Below are positions 1 to 17,490 of a stretch of DNA of 64,000 bases, in pieces (positions within the stretch are counted from its first letter, which is position 1; each line of letters opens with the position of its first letter). The notes beneath the pieces are model-generated. The model saw only the letters and a program-made list of their open reading frames with translations, was not told the DNA's origin and searched no databases. This DNA comes from the human T2T-CHM13v2.0 reference genome, Homo sapiens: the NCBI RefSeq assembly GCF_009914755.1, contig NC_060936.1; one strand, given 5' to 3'. Made by a program: the position numbers and the translations under genes.

Positions 1-49
1 CTTGTGCTGAAGAAAGGGAGGTGCCATCATGATTGATGTTCAGAGGCAG

Positions 50-56
50 TATAAAA
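50..56 (+). promoter_or_regulatory. MYBPC1: TATA box of MYBPC1 promoter
   Basis: TATAAAA ~130 bp upstream of the ATG; implies TSS near ~80. Confidence 0.8.
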
Positions 57-181
57 GCACTGGGTTTCTCCCCAACTGCTTGTCACACCGACCTGCACCA
101 TCTCTCTCCTGCCTGTGGGGTTTCTGTCAACTAGTCGTGGAGGGAAGGAGACTCTTTAAAGAATAACATCTTATTGTGGCC

Positions 182-206
182 ATGCCAGAACCCACTAAGA
201 AAGAGG
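182..206 (+). CDS. MYBPC1: MYBPC1 exon 1 coding part (MPEPTKKE)
   Basis: GGCCATGC Kozak; donor G|GTAAGA; phase 1. Confidence 0.97.
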
Positions 207-3060
207 GTAAGACTTATCTAGAAATCTTTTTGTTGTACTCCTGAATAAAGTGTTTATTTTGGTATTTATCTTCAAACAAATAACAAATATCTTAACTAGA
301 TGAGAAAATAAAATCACTATGATTTAAGGAAACGATCTTTTAGATTAAACAGACCAGAGGAAAAATACAGCGAGAGTATATTGAATTGAAAAATTTCTGA
401 TAACGATAGTTTCTAAAGGGATATTGACTAAAATTATCAAATGATAATTCTATCATTCAATTGTAAAGAATCCTTAAAGTGTAATTTAAGGATGTTAATT
501 GCTGATGGTAAACAGATTACGTTTTCAAGCATATTTTCTTAGATTTAATCACAAATTTTTTACCATGTATTTGCAATTTGCAGAGAGTAGGAGACTTAAA
601 ATATTTTCTCAAATGGTTAATACATTGGATCAAGATTTCAAAAAAGAATTTGTGACATTATTTCCATATTTGCTACTTTTTTTAATGGAAACATATTTAA
701 AATATACAGACGAAGGGTTTTTTTTGTTCTTATCAGTGCCTTTGGAGGTTCGTTATTAAATTCTTGCATGGAAAGAAAACCAAACACCTGATAAAAAAGG
801 ATGTCCCTGAATATCATGAATAGATTGTTCTTTCATGAGTTTTATTGTAGAGAATTTCATAATATGTAGTAGGCTTTAAGAATAGTTAAGCTGAAAGTAT
901 AAAAATATTCTTCCTTAGAAGAAATGTTTTCCCTAACAAAGTTTCTCCTTTCTATAAAAAAATTAGTGTATTAAAGCTACCAATTGGTAACAGAAGTAAA
1001 TTGGAATTAGTAGTTATGAAAATAAATAATAATAAGCACAAATTAATACTATGCATGCATTGAATTTAATTTTTAATTAAAATATCTTTTAAAAATATTA
1101 TTTCATTTATATTCATCTTCATTAATGCTTACTGAATCTTTATTTTTCCCTTCTGCAAATAAAAGAAAAAGAAAGATTAGCAGGAAACATAAAAATAGTC
1201 ATAGTTTTCAGTTTTTAATTCTTAAAAATGCTTTAGCTATTATTTTAAGGAACCTTGAAAAAGATGTTGAAATACTAACCAAATTATCAAAAGTCTTTTA
1301 AACATATTTTCTTTATATAATTAAGTAACCAGTGTTGACAGGCTGTGGTGATCAGTTTACAGGTTGGCCTTACTTAGTGGCAGAGGGCATTGATGGATGA
1401 AGTCTTTCACCCAAAATAACCACACCAAATGCATGTATTAATATGGGAACTTAATCCTGACTGTCAGGCAGGGAGTCCAACCCCTGCTAAAGTATCTTAT
1501 TTGTAATGCAAATGATTTACGTGTGTACTAAGTGTCCTTTTTATCTGCTCTGTCACTTTAACCTCTCCGAAGTGTACCCAGAAGCAATACATTCTACCAT
1601 GTTTCCAAACTGGAAACACAATATTGTTTTAATTATTCTGAATTTAGTGAATGATTTTGCATTTGTTTTTTTAAAGCCTAATTGAAAATGAGAAGAAAGC
1701 TGAAAAACCAATAAATAAGGTGACAGCCTGTAAGAGCCAATAAAGCTAATTAAATTATTCTGATCGCAAAGGCGATGAAGTTTACTTTTCATTTGACAAC
1801 TCAGTCTGATTCACTCTTTTATGGGGAATGAAATTATAGAGCTGCAAAGAGGAAAATATATCTTTAACTTCAGCCCCCACCCCCCCAATATATATTTTTT
1901 TCTTTCTGAATAAAACAGCATGGATGCTAAAGACTCCATCATCTTCTTTTGCTATAAAAGCATGTTGCTATTCTGTGTAGGAGTTCCTCCACCCAGGACA
2001 GTAATTTTATACCCATAAATTCTTTGGTTAGTGTAAATTTGGATGATGGGGATTGGGGCAAGAAGAGTTACTGATATATTTAAAATCCATTGAGGAAGTA
2101 CAGAGATTTTTTTGGTTCCCTTACCAGCAGAACTGATTCTTAAAGGAACTGTACCTTGAAAAGCTTTCCTTAGTGAAATAATTGCATTTTAATATTGTTT
2201 ACATTAGAAGAGTAAGGAGTACGGCAATTCATGAACTATTCTGGTCCTTTCTTCTTCTCCTAACTGTGATTTCATTTTCACTGGGGTTAGTTTGATTGCA
2301 TATAAGCATCCCTCTGAAAAATAAAACATGGCCTAGAGCCAGTTCTTCAGAATCATTTCAAAATACCTGCAGAAACCCTCCCAAAGAACAGGCTCCTCCA
2401 GCCCATATGGGTCTTCTGAACTCTTCCCCACAGCTCGTAAAGCCATGCCCAGGAAGGCCATGACCACTTGCTGTGAATCTTAATAGGACACATGAGCTGG
2501 TTTGGCCCTCCTAGGATCCAGGAGGATCTGGCAACTCCTCAAAAGAGGCTGAGTTTTCAGCACCTGAAGGTACAAAAAATGTCTCACTCAACTACTTCCC
2601 AGCCTACCGTGGCCTAATTCTGGGAGTTTTCTTCTTAGATCTTGGGAGAGCTGGTTCTTCTAAGGAGAAGGAGGAAGGACAGATGTAACTTTGGATCTCG
2701 AAGAGGAAGTCTAATGGAAGTAATTAGTCAACGGTCCTTGTTTAGACTCTTGGAATATGCTGGGTGGCTCAGTGAGCCCTTTTGGAGAAAGCAAGTATTA
2801 TTCTTAAGGAGTAACCACTTCCCATTGTTCTACTTTCTACCATCATCAATTGTATATTATGTATTCTTTGGAGAACTATGTTATTTGTACTGTCTATTCC
2901 AGATAAAACTTACCTTACACCACTTTGGATTCTTACAGAACCTAAGGCCTAGTACAATTAAGTTATTCCGATCAAATTGGGAGGATGTTGTAGGCAGTTT
3001 CAGATTTGTGGGGATCTCCCAGGATGCCTTTGATACATTCATTTATATATCAATTATTAA

Positions 3061-3549
<489 letters not shown>

Positions 3550-3644
3550 TAGTATGAATGGCTGTTAAACCCATAAAAATGATTTCCTCAGAATTTTACC
3601 TCTGGAATATGTAATGATTAAAACCATAAAGCCTGATTCTTTAA

Positions 3645-3993
<349 letters not shown>

Positions 3994-4418
3994 TATTAAC
4001 TGTCAGATACTATAAAACCCAGAAAAATTCTCTTCTAAAACACTGAGTTGAGGCCTTAACATGAATTTCACTTTTTGTTTCTGATTTATCAGACCTTATT
4101 ATATTTAATGTACTTAACTTGTCCGAAAAGGCAAAAGTTCCTCTTTGGTGCTTGTGCGTCATTCGAAAAATCTCAAGAGAGTCACTGTAGTTTTCTCATG
4201 TTCCGTGTAAGATCTCTTCTTGAAAACTCAAACGTATGGCCAATCACAGGTTCCTTTATGACCATAATTTTAAGGTGCCATTCTGATAACTTTAGGAAGC
4301 AAAGGCATGGCTTTGTTACTGCAGATTATTTTGCTGTGTCAACATACAATATTCATCTTATCCATCTTGGTCTACATTTCAATAGGAATAGATGGGACCA
4401 TGGTAATAGAGAACAGTT

Positions 4419-4439
4419 TTGTTGTTGTTGTTGTTGTTG
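4419..4439 (+). repeat. (TTG)n microsatellite
   Basis: ~7 TTG units. Confidence 0.85.
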
Positions 4440-7184
4440 GGGTCCATAAGGGTTTTTCCATTTCTGTATCTTTTTTTTCTTGCTCTCTAGAGATTTCATC
4501 ACATTTTAAAGTTTTGCCAAGCCAAAAAGCTACCTGAATGTAGAGCAGCATTCATCCCCTCTTGCCTATTTCTAAGCATTTCTCAGGGCTTAGTCATCCA
4601 TCAGAAAAGGACCTCCCTTGATGGGAAAACTCCTTCTCATATCTCTTCTTTGACCTTCAGTTTCTACCTGCAAGAGAGTGAATGGCCTATTTCAAACACC
4701 GAAATCAATTTGTCTTTGGAAAGTCATCTTATATACAAATATTATCCTTACCTCAAATTGGGGAAAGGTTAATAATTTATGCAGAAAACTAAGAGAAAGG
4801 AATAGGGGAGGAGGAAAGATAGTTTATCAAGGGCAATTGTTTCCCTTTTGACTTCAAATGGTTCATCGAGGCCAAGCTGATGATTTCAATTGAAAATAAA
4901 GAAGTTGTATGAACGAATGCCATCATATTTTTTCCTCCTGAGAAAAACCACCATGCTGTGCTGGAGATTCATGGCATATATTTGAGCTCTGTGTTGTAAG
5001 AAGGAATACCCTAGGGCAAATGCGTGCTAGAGGGGCTTAATACTTGGCAGAATCCTTCTTTTTCAGTAGCCTGCTTTTATGACTGCTCCGACTGCACCTG
5101 TTAGGAAGATAAATAAAGGACTGGCCAATTCTTTCCTCTGAAGCGCCCTAAATATATCACTTTAAAAAGACTTTGGAAAAACAAGTTGTATCCTTACTTC
5201 TCACCCAGTAAATCTAAAGAAATTCCCTCTTGTTCCCAGGCCTTTCAAACAGTGAAGTCAGGAGTAAGGGAGACTGTGGACTGGTCAAAGGTGGAAGTTA
5301 GACTCACTAGCTGGTCTAAGGAATCCAGGAGGGTGGAAAACATGAAGAACTTACAATCCTTTATGCTCTCAATGACTCACTTTATTTTGGCCATGAGACA
5401 CAGCCTTGAAACTTTTTTTTTTTTTTAGGCTCTGTATACACACACAATTCATAGAGTTTCCTTTTTAACAGCAATTTCAAAGTATCCCCGAATCAAACAT
5501 GAATGTTGAAGTCAACTACCCAGACTGAAGTTGCTTTTAAAAAATGCTTGGACACAAAAACAAATAAGTAAGTGGTCTCTTAAAAAACTTGAATAAATAC
5601 AAAATGACATTTTTGCAATACTTTTGTAAACAAATACATTCTTCTTTTCAATTTTGTATGGTTGTGAGAGGAGATTGCTGTGTAATTATTGCTATTGTTT
5701 TTACAGTCCAAGGAAGCATTTTTGTTACTTTTATTTAAAATTATTGCAATTGTTTTATTTAAAAATTATTTTTAGGCTGTTTGTGGACACAGAGAAGAAT
5801 TTTGATTATAATTAATAATGACTATTTTTATCTTCACTGCTCCTTAATTAGTCTATGAAAACTATATTAAGAGACACAAAATACTCTTGGCTGCCAGTAT
5901 GTTCTGTGGTAATTCTAAACTTCATCTCTAGACATACTTAAGTGTGTTAGATGATAAAGAACAGGATTAAAGTTCTAGCAATCAAACATAAGTATGGAAA
6001 TTTTAATTTCACGTGTGTACCTGAGAGCATGTGGCCACATCTTCTTTGTTATTATTCCATGTTAGTTCTTGATGGAAACAGATGTCTTTTCTGGAATCCA
6101 TGGTTTGTTCAAAGTACTGCATCCTGGGGAAACTGAATAAATACACAGAAAGGTAGTAGCTGAATTAGTGTTCTGAGTTAGGTTAATCATGAAGTAGCTA
6201 CTGTTTATTCATGAGGGGTTTCCTAAAATTTGAGAGCATACCAGTTAAGGAAAGCCAAACTGTGAAAAAGAAGAAAAGACTTTGTCACTTAATTTTCTAC
6301 ATGTATGCAAATTATCTCATAACTGGATAAGAAGAGGGCTTCTGTCCTTGCAGCTTTTTACAAAGACAGCCCCCCCAAAGTCAAAGTGATCATACTGTCT
6401 TGTCGTAATTCTGCTCTGTGTGGATAGGCTCAGTTTTAATTTACAAAGAGTATGTTTGTTTTAGACAGCCCAAAGATGGACCACAGGCCAAATTTCAAGA
6501 TGTTCCCATTCATGGGACAGAGTATTTATGGGCTTTAACGTACATTTCCAGAGTAAACTTTTAGGTCCCATCAGATTGGGGCATGAATTGATTGATTTGG
6601 CAGAGGCGGAGACCAGAATCATTCAATCTCACACTTATTTCTCTTTCTATAATGAGTTCACAAAAAGCTAACTGTAATCTGACTTTCATTATGCCTTTCA
6701 AGTCTAAATCCACTTTGATAAGACTTGCCCTTTTATACTCCCTTAGGAATCCTTTTTAGGCCAATTTGGCACATCAGGGCAGCGTCTAAAATTACATTTA
6801 ATAATATGTCAGATGTTAGATCTTATGATTTTGTTCTATTCTTTTTTTTTGATGTGTATTTAGCTATTTTGGTAAGTATTCTTCTTCTCTAAAATTGTCC
6901 AAATCTTTCCTAAATACTCTTTATAAATTGCTTTGCTTGCATCTGGTGATATCGTTTGCCTTCTAAAAATTTTAATGAATCTTGGAACAGAATGCTCTAC
7001 TTAAAACTCAAAATGTGTCCTTTTTAATTCTACATTTTGTCATGTTTAGAGTTAGATGTCTTTAGGGTTGTTATGCACACAGTATGTGTCTTGGCTTTTT
7101 CTTTATGCATCTTAAATATTATGCATTATTAAACATGGTGACATAAAAAAAATTATACTATTTGTAGAACATTCTAGACAGCTC

Positions 7185-7665
<481 letters not shown>

Positions 7666-8116
7666 GATTTCAAGCATTTTCCTCCTAAAGCAGTAAACTC
7701 AGAAATCTTGTCTGGCACAAGGTATTAAATGCCTCATATTTCACATAAACTGATGGCATTTCCCTCAACATAAGGGATGTAACAACCACTGCTCACCTCC
7801 TCACTAGTGTAATATTTATAATACACGCCAAGAAAGCTGCTATGATAGTCATAACCATCATTCCCACCACTATATTTCCTTCTTTTACTTGTGGTGATAC
7901 ATCTTCGCTTTCACCCATAGAAGCTCAGATCAAATAAAAGGTCTATACTCCATGACCTCTGTTGTGTTCTTACTGAAATGAGCCATGTCCAATTCGGGGG
8001 TCTGTAGTTGTCAGCATAAGGTGATAACGGTTGGGTTGTTTCTTCACTGTTCTTGTGGGGACATGGCCTTTCCCACTTAGATGAAAGAGTTACCCTACAG
8101 AGTTGAACAATATCTA

Positions 8117-8471
<355 letters not shown>

Positions 8472-8771
8472 GAAGATTTCTCTCTCTTATCAGGGGTGCT
8501 TTTTGGTGGATAGGGTCTTCCTCAGTCTGCGCTTTCCTGAGATGACCACATAAAGAACTCTCCATGACCACATATGGATGTGGTGGGTGATTGATTGAGT
8601 GTCACTGTGTTTATTGCAGTGGAATTTTATTTTTATGACCCCACCTGGCGTCAGGACTCTTCTTCCTCTATTTTTAAAAAGTCACCCAATGTGAGGTCCA
8701 GCAACAGTTTGGAGCAAGGCCTTTAAGAAATTTATCCTATAACCCTATAGCCACATAAATAAGTGATACAA

Positions 8772-9064
8772 GATCAGGTACAATGGCTCATGCCTGTAAT
8801 CCCAGCATTTTGGGAGGCCAAGGCCAGAGAATTGCTTAAGCCCAGGGGTTTGAGACCAGCCCAAGCAACATGGTGAAACAGCATGAAAAAATACAAAAAT
8901 TATCTGGATGTGGTGGTGTACACCTGTAGTCCCAGCTACTTGGGAGGCTGAAGCAGGAGATTCACTTGAGCCCAGGAGGCTGCAATGAGCCATGATCATG
9001 CCACTGCACTCCTGCCTGGGTGGCAGAGTGAGACTCTGTCTCAAAATAATAATAACAATAATAA
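8772..9064 (+). mobile_element. AluJ
   Basis: Diverged Alu dimer with AAT tail. Confidence 0.9.
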
Positions 9065-10662
9065 CTGATTCAAGATCCCCAAAAAAGACACAGTAAAGGA
9101 GGAAACTGTTAACAATTCAAATTGCTTTTGCAATAATTTCTTTTTGACCTATGCTAAAATTTTAAGCTCCTTCAATCTGAGTAAATCTTCCCCTGCAAAA
9201 CACACCCCATTTGATTCTTTAAAACATGGTAAGAGTAGTGAGGAAGGCAAGTCCTCAGATCTTAGCAATTTTCCCCCAGCCCCATGTTAACAATGAGAAG
9301 CTATTTGTTGCTATGTAATAAGGACCATATTTTAATCCTCTTCCTGTGTGAAATGACATCCTGAGATGAAACTTGCATAATTAGAAGGACAAAAGAATGA
9401 ATTGACTAGGGGAGGAAAAAAAACCCTGTAGATTCAGGGAAATTCCAAAGGTTGAATAATGAGTCATTGAATATTTACATGATCAAGGTACAATTAGACT
9501 TCATCTATTCAGAACATTAGAGTACAGTACAGTCTTTGGCAACATTCGACCATAGTAAATAAATATGGATTAAATTGATTGAATCATTCTGAATAGCTGG
9601 ATTCTCTGCACAGCTAAAGGTTAATTTTGTTATGTAACCTCAGAGCCTTATTTTTTCCACCAGTTTGAATAGAAACATTCTTAAAATGTAATATATTACT
9701 CCTTGCTTTAAAAAATAAAGTACAGTGGATATAATTTGTCTTAAATTATAGATATCAGTTATTAGTAGCATGTGACACCCTGAGGGCCCAAATTATTTGC
9801 TCTTTTGAAAAATGGACTCATATTGATTTGTATTTTGAATTTCTGTCCAATTTTTCTTAGCTTTCCTACTTTATCCCTCCTAGAAGTGTGCTGTCTTCTT
9901 TAGTACTCTTGTCAGTCAGCATATGAAACTGTTCCCCTCACTCCCCTTTGTCCTTTATTATAGACGCCATTCCAGGTAATTAATCTGGCTGAGTAGAGTT
10001 TAGCACCACCTAAGGCACAACATTTAAGAAGGCACTGACTTTCTGGGTCACCAAAATGCAGGTTCAGCCCCTTAAGTGACCTCCTTAAATTTTGCTCCTC
10101 AGGCACCCTGCTTACCTTTCCCAAGTCCCAGGCCCTGGGTTTACTGAGGAGCTAGGGCCTTCTTCCATGAGGAAAACACAGAAACTCTTAGTGCCTGGAA
10201 CGTAGGAGCTTGAGATAAATGCAGAGGCCCTTCAGAGGCCCTTTTATTTGGGTGGTCAGAAGCTGTTAGGTAAGTTGCTAGATAGCTGAATTCTGCATAG
10301 GGTAGGTGTTACTAGACACTATTGCCCTTTTGTCTCTATTATGGTGCACTTAGGAAAATGAGTTATTGCTTCAAAATCAATGTAAGGTTTTTATTTTGAC
10401 TGATTCATTCATTTTATCAAAGCTGCAGATGTATATGATATATATGACCTGAGTTTGTTTTAAAAATAACATGCACAAAATCTTTTTCCAAAGAGATTTG
10501 CAATAAATTCAAAACCAGTGGTTCAAACCTTTTGGTCTCAGATCCCTTTGCACCCTTAACAATTATTGAATAAACTAAAGATCATTTGTTTATGTGCATA
10601 ACTAGTGTATTATACACACTAACTTTAATTTGGAATACAGTAAATATTGTATTAGTGTGTCA

Positions 10663-11315
<653 letters not shown>

Positions 11316-11352
<37 letters not shown>
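11316..11352 (+). repeat. (AC)18 microsatellite in Alu tail
   Basis: Direct reading. Confidence 0.95.
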
Positions 11353-11353
<1 letters not shown>

Positions 11354-11582
11354 GAATGCACAAACAATTCTATTAGCTGTCAGAACATTGATATCATTAC
11401 ACATTATGTATCCTCTGGAAAACTTCACTGTCTATTTGTTAGAGAATATGAGTGAAAAAGGCAAATAATGTCTTAGCATTACTATTAGGAAAATCATTTT
11501 GACCTGGTAAACTCCCTACCTAGGCAGCTCCTGAAGATCCCAGACTGTACTTTGAGAACCACTAATATAAATCAATTTAGTA

Positions 11583-11719
11583 TTTTTTTTTTTTTTTGGT
11601 ATAGAGACAGGGTCTCACTACATTGCCCGGCCTGGTCTTGAACTCCTGAGCTCAAGCAAGCCACCCACCCCAGTCTCCTAAAGTGATGGGATTACAGGCT
11701 TGAGCCACCATGCCCAGCC
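11583..11719 (-). mobile_element. FLAM / Alu monomer
   Basis: Single left-arm monomer with poly-T. Confidence 0.8.
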
Positions 11720-11842
11720 TACTTCTTTTAAAAGTATGTAATTCTGTTAAATCCCAAAGTATAAAATATCCAGACCCATAATGCCTATAATGAATAGAGT
11801 GGGGAACAAAATAAGCAAGTAACTGTGAAAATGTTGAATTAA

Positions 11843-12236
<394 letters not shown>

Positions 12237-14324
12237 ATGGGGTACACTTATGATTAACAGAATCAAACATCTCTAAGCATTATGAATGTCCCCATGAAAG
12301 CAATATTTTATGCTATGGGAGCTTCCATTGTGCTCGTGTCTGGGCATATGAGGTCCAGGTTGGAGTATGCATATTGTGTCAGACCCCACCATCAAGAGGG
12401 GAGACACCTGATAGTGTTTATTACATATTTAATCTAAAAAGAAAGATAATTTGCTATACCACCAAAAATGACAGTACAAGAGTTGGCCAGGTAGACCCTT
12501 CCTTATTCATCATGATGTTTACTAAACACAAAGCCTTCACATGTTCTATTTCAAAGCTAGAATTTTACTTTGAGAATAAGAAACGATAATCAGGAATAGC
12601 ATACAATTTTCTCTTATGACTCAAATTTCTAAAGAATATTTTTATTTTTAAAAAATTTTCCCCTAGAAAGTGACAGAAAGCCACAAAAACAGAACTAGAA
12701 TCATAACATTTAATGATAACTGTTATTGTGTCTTCTTCTGTCTTTTTTATGCCTATATAATATATTCATATGATATAATTTTGCTCTCCATGCTATAAAA
12801 AAGCTAAATTAAATGGTATATAAGGGCCCATAAGATAGTTAAGTAGGTCAAATAATGTAATATTTGAGACAGCCCACGGGAAGAAGAGAACTGGGTGTTT
12901 TGTTGTGTTTTGTTTTGTTTTATGTGTATAGACGCAGACATATAAAAAGAGACAGGTTAATTAATTTTAAGACGTAAGATTTCTTTTTTTCCCCTTTAAG
13001 TTACTGGCCATGAAACCCTTGATCATTGAAAATAGAAATGGACTCCATTGGAGAGGGCCAAGCCATTTATGGAGTTACTGGGTCCCTAGTGTTTCTGCAG
13101 CAGCACAAAGGCCACATATGGGGCTGTCTATTTCATAGCTGCCACCAGTGCCCGTCAATTAGAATGCCTTGGCACAGGCTGTGCAGGCATGCCATTGGTG
13201 GCATACCTGTGCTTTTTACAGTAGGTGACCATAGGAAAAATCCACCATAAATAGATCTACCCCTTTGAAAGCATTTCAGTGCTGCAGAGGGAGAGAAAGT
13301 CTGTATATGTTCATTAGAAAGGATCAAAGAACAGCCGCCCTTGCCCAGGAAAGAGGGGGCTAGCTTTAGTTGTTGGTTCACAAACTAGTTCATTTTTAGG
13401 TTGTCCCTTAAAATATCCCCTTGGGCTTATTTTTTTCAAAAAGTATCCTTGTTTTTCCTTTTTATTCAAAAAGTTTTAAAATATGCTTCTTTAGTCCTGT
13501 TAGCATGTTTTCTAAAAAAGATATTGTGTGAGAGGACAAAGAAAGGAGAACAAAAAACCAACTGTATTTACCTAGCAAGAATGTTCCACAGAACTTTGCC
13601 CTTTGGCTTTTGAATAAGCAGAAGTACAGCAGGACCTCACCTCAATAAATATCGGTTTGCTTGTTTATGATTTAGAGAGCTTGCCAAAGGTGGGTGCCTC
13701 CCGACCATTGCAACACAGCTAACCTTGTTGACAACAGTTGGTGTGATTGACTGAGTGTTATTTGCTAAGAAACTGGTGGGACAGGTTCCTCGACACAAGT
13801 TGCTTTGCCGTTTTGGGGAGCCCCGATTTTAAAAGCGGGGGATTCCTTAGAAAGGTGAGGGGTGTAATATTCCTGAGAGTCAAAACTCTAGCCCTAATTG
13901 CTCTCCTGCCCTTGTTAAGAAATGGAAGACATGTGTTGACAGTAAGAAGAAATGTAAATGATGGAGCTGGGTGAATGCCCCTGGAGCCTTGGCCAGCGGG
14001 AGGGGAACCAATGAAAGACATAGTGTTCCTTGTGGGTAACACAGATGAAGAAAGCTGCCCACGGAATGCCAGGGGACGGTTATGGATTTCTTGGCAGCAA
14101 GGAGAAGCGGCTTTTGTGCAGGGAGGAACAGCCTGCCAGTCAACTATATTTATGGAGCACCTGCTGTGTGGAATCTGAAAAGGAGAAGGAGAAGGGCCTT
14201 GTCCTCAAGAAGCTTGTGATCAAAGGGAGAAGAAAAGTCCCCATCTACTGTAAACCCTTTAGGGTTCCCACTCACATTTGAAAAGGGAGTGGAACGGGTG
14301 ATATTTAGGGGGTGTGCTGAGCCT

Positions 14325-14784
<460 letters not shown>

Positions 14785-15959
14785 GAGGATTTCTGGAAGT
14801 AGTGAGTCTTGAATGTTTTAAGAGTGCAGAGTGAGTTGGTTCAATGACTCAATTGATACTAAAAGGCAATTCATTTACCTGTGAATTTCTTAAACACAAG
14901 TATCTTATCGTATTGTAACCACTTTTATAACCTCTTTGACCTTGTTAAATTCATAATGGGAGTTCAATGAATTTAGGTTGCAAGGATGCTCCTGCCTATG
15001 GTCCCTATTCAGTGAGGTACAGTGGAAATTGCTGTTAATGAATGAATGTTACAGAGGCAGCCAATGAATTTTAGGAACATGTAAATTATTTTTAGAGAAG
15101 CGGGCAAAGCTAGCCATGACAGGACCTGTCAGAGACAAACATATGAATTAGAGCGAGAGAGATGCATGAGCAGTTCCTTCAAGGTAAATGGGGACACCTT
15201 GGGGGCTCTGAGACTTACCTGCAACACTTCATTTTCCATTTAAGTCATGTGCTGCTTGGCCTTTACCACTCCTTGGTTTCCCAGTTTCCAGGTTTAAGAC
15301 AACTGGAATTCTCTGTTTCAAATGCTCTGAAAAGGACTAAGGTCCTATTTTCTCTGATCATTTCTGTCTCACCATGATTGATTAATTGAATCGTTGATTG
15401 ATCTACTTATCTGCAGTGTAAAAACTATAATGCATAAAAATTGCATCGAGCTCAACTACTATTCCCACTTTACAGTAGGGGTATGAGGGACTCACCTCTT
15501 CTGTCCAGTCCCCAGATGCTTCCTCAGTCCCCATCCCAAATGCAAACACGTTTTAACACATGCAGCTCACAGACCTAGAAATAAGGCATATCCTTAGCAG
15601 GCAGCATGTGGAGGAAGACATAAGTGTCTTTTCGTAGGTGTGTCCGAGTAAAAATGATGATCATAATGATAAAAGCCATGAAAAGTTAAAGTCTATGTGA
15701 CATTTGCCATGTTCTCTACCCCTGTTAATGCATTCATTCCTGCCAATAACCCCTGAGTTAGGCTGTGCTATTATTTCTCTCATACTTGAGGAAATCGATG
15801 TGCACCCCACTCCTACAAATAGGGAGGGCAACATCCATATGAGGTTATGTGGTCTTGAGAATAAGACCAAGCAATTCAGTGGGGAAAATGGTGTAATTGC
15901 GCTGAGAAGTCCACCAGTCCTCCTCTGCCTTGTCCAACATAGGTAGCAGGGAAAGGAAG

Positions 15960-16170
15960 TGCAGGCCCGGGCTGCAGAGCCCAGGCTCTGAGTCAAGCAA
16001 GCCTGGATCACAGCCTGGTTCCACACTCCCTAGGCTGTGGGATCTCAAAGAGTCTCAGTTCCCACTTGCAAAATGGAGATAATCATAGTACTGATTTCAC
16101 AGAGTTGTAAGGATTATAAGGATTAATATGCACTAGGTCCTACATGCAGTGGGTTCTAATAAGGGGTTGC
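15960..16170 (+). mobile_element. MIR
   Basis: ggctctgagtcaagcaagcctgg...tctcagttccc...aaaatggagataatcatagtac. Confidence 0.7.
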
Positions 16171-16912
16171 AATGTATTTACTCCTTCACTGGCTATAAAG
16201 TAAAGAGGTTTCTGTAATTTTGAGAAGAAAAAGTTCTGGATCTGCCTATTTACAGGCCGGTATACATTTTCCTATTTCTACTCCCTGCAACCATCCCACA
16301 ACGGTCCTAGCAGTCCTAATATCCTATAATGTTTCTGCCATTCTCTCTGATAGAGTTGGCTATTCATGACCAATATTTTGTGGATTCAGTGGAAGTTGAA
16401 TTAAGCCCTTTAAATTATCATTTTGATTTTTGGTCTGTTACATAGCCCATGGGGGCTACAGACAAAATGGAAATGGAGAATGTACATTTAGGGAACATTT
16501 ACAGATTTAGTGCCCAAGATGATTCTCTTTTACGTATTTGATTAGAATTCACCATTGGCCTTAGTTGGATTTTAAGCAACTACAGTTACCCTTAAAAAAT
16601 GGGAATTGGTCACATAGATGCTAAACAAGTATGATCAATTTAATAGATGTCCAACCACCAAAAGAAGCCCTCCTTAATTCTTTTGTATCAATTCTCTATG
16701 CATTTAATGTGTTTTCAGCAATAAAATGAGATACCAGGGAGATAAGAAAGGAAGGAAAGATCCCTGGCTTTGTTTAGATGGGGAGAAACAGAAACATAAA
16801 TATACAGAGACTATTAGAAAATAATTAAGTCATAGTGAAAAGAGAATGTGTTATGATGTAGTCCAGAATGCAAAAGAATAAGGAAGAAGAACAGAATAGA
16901 ATAATCAGCTCT

Positions 16913-17490
<578 letters not shown>

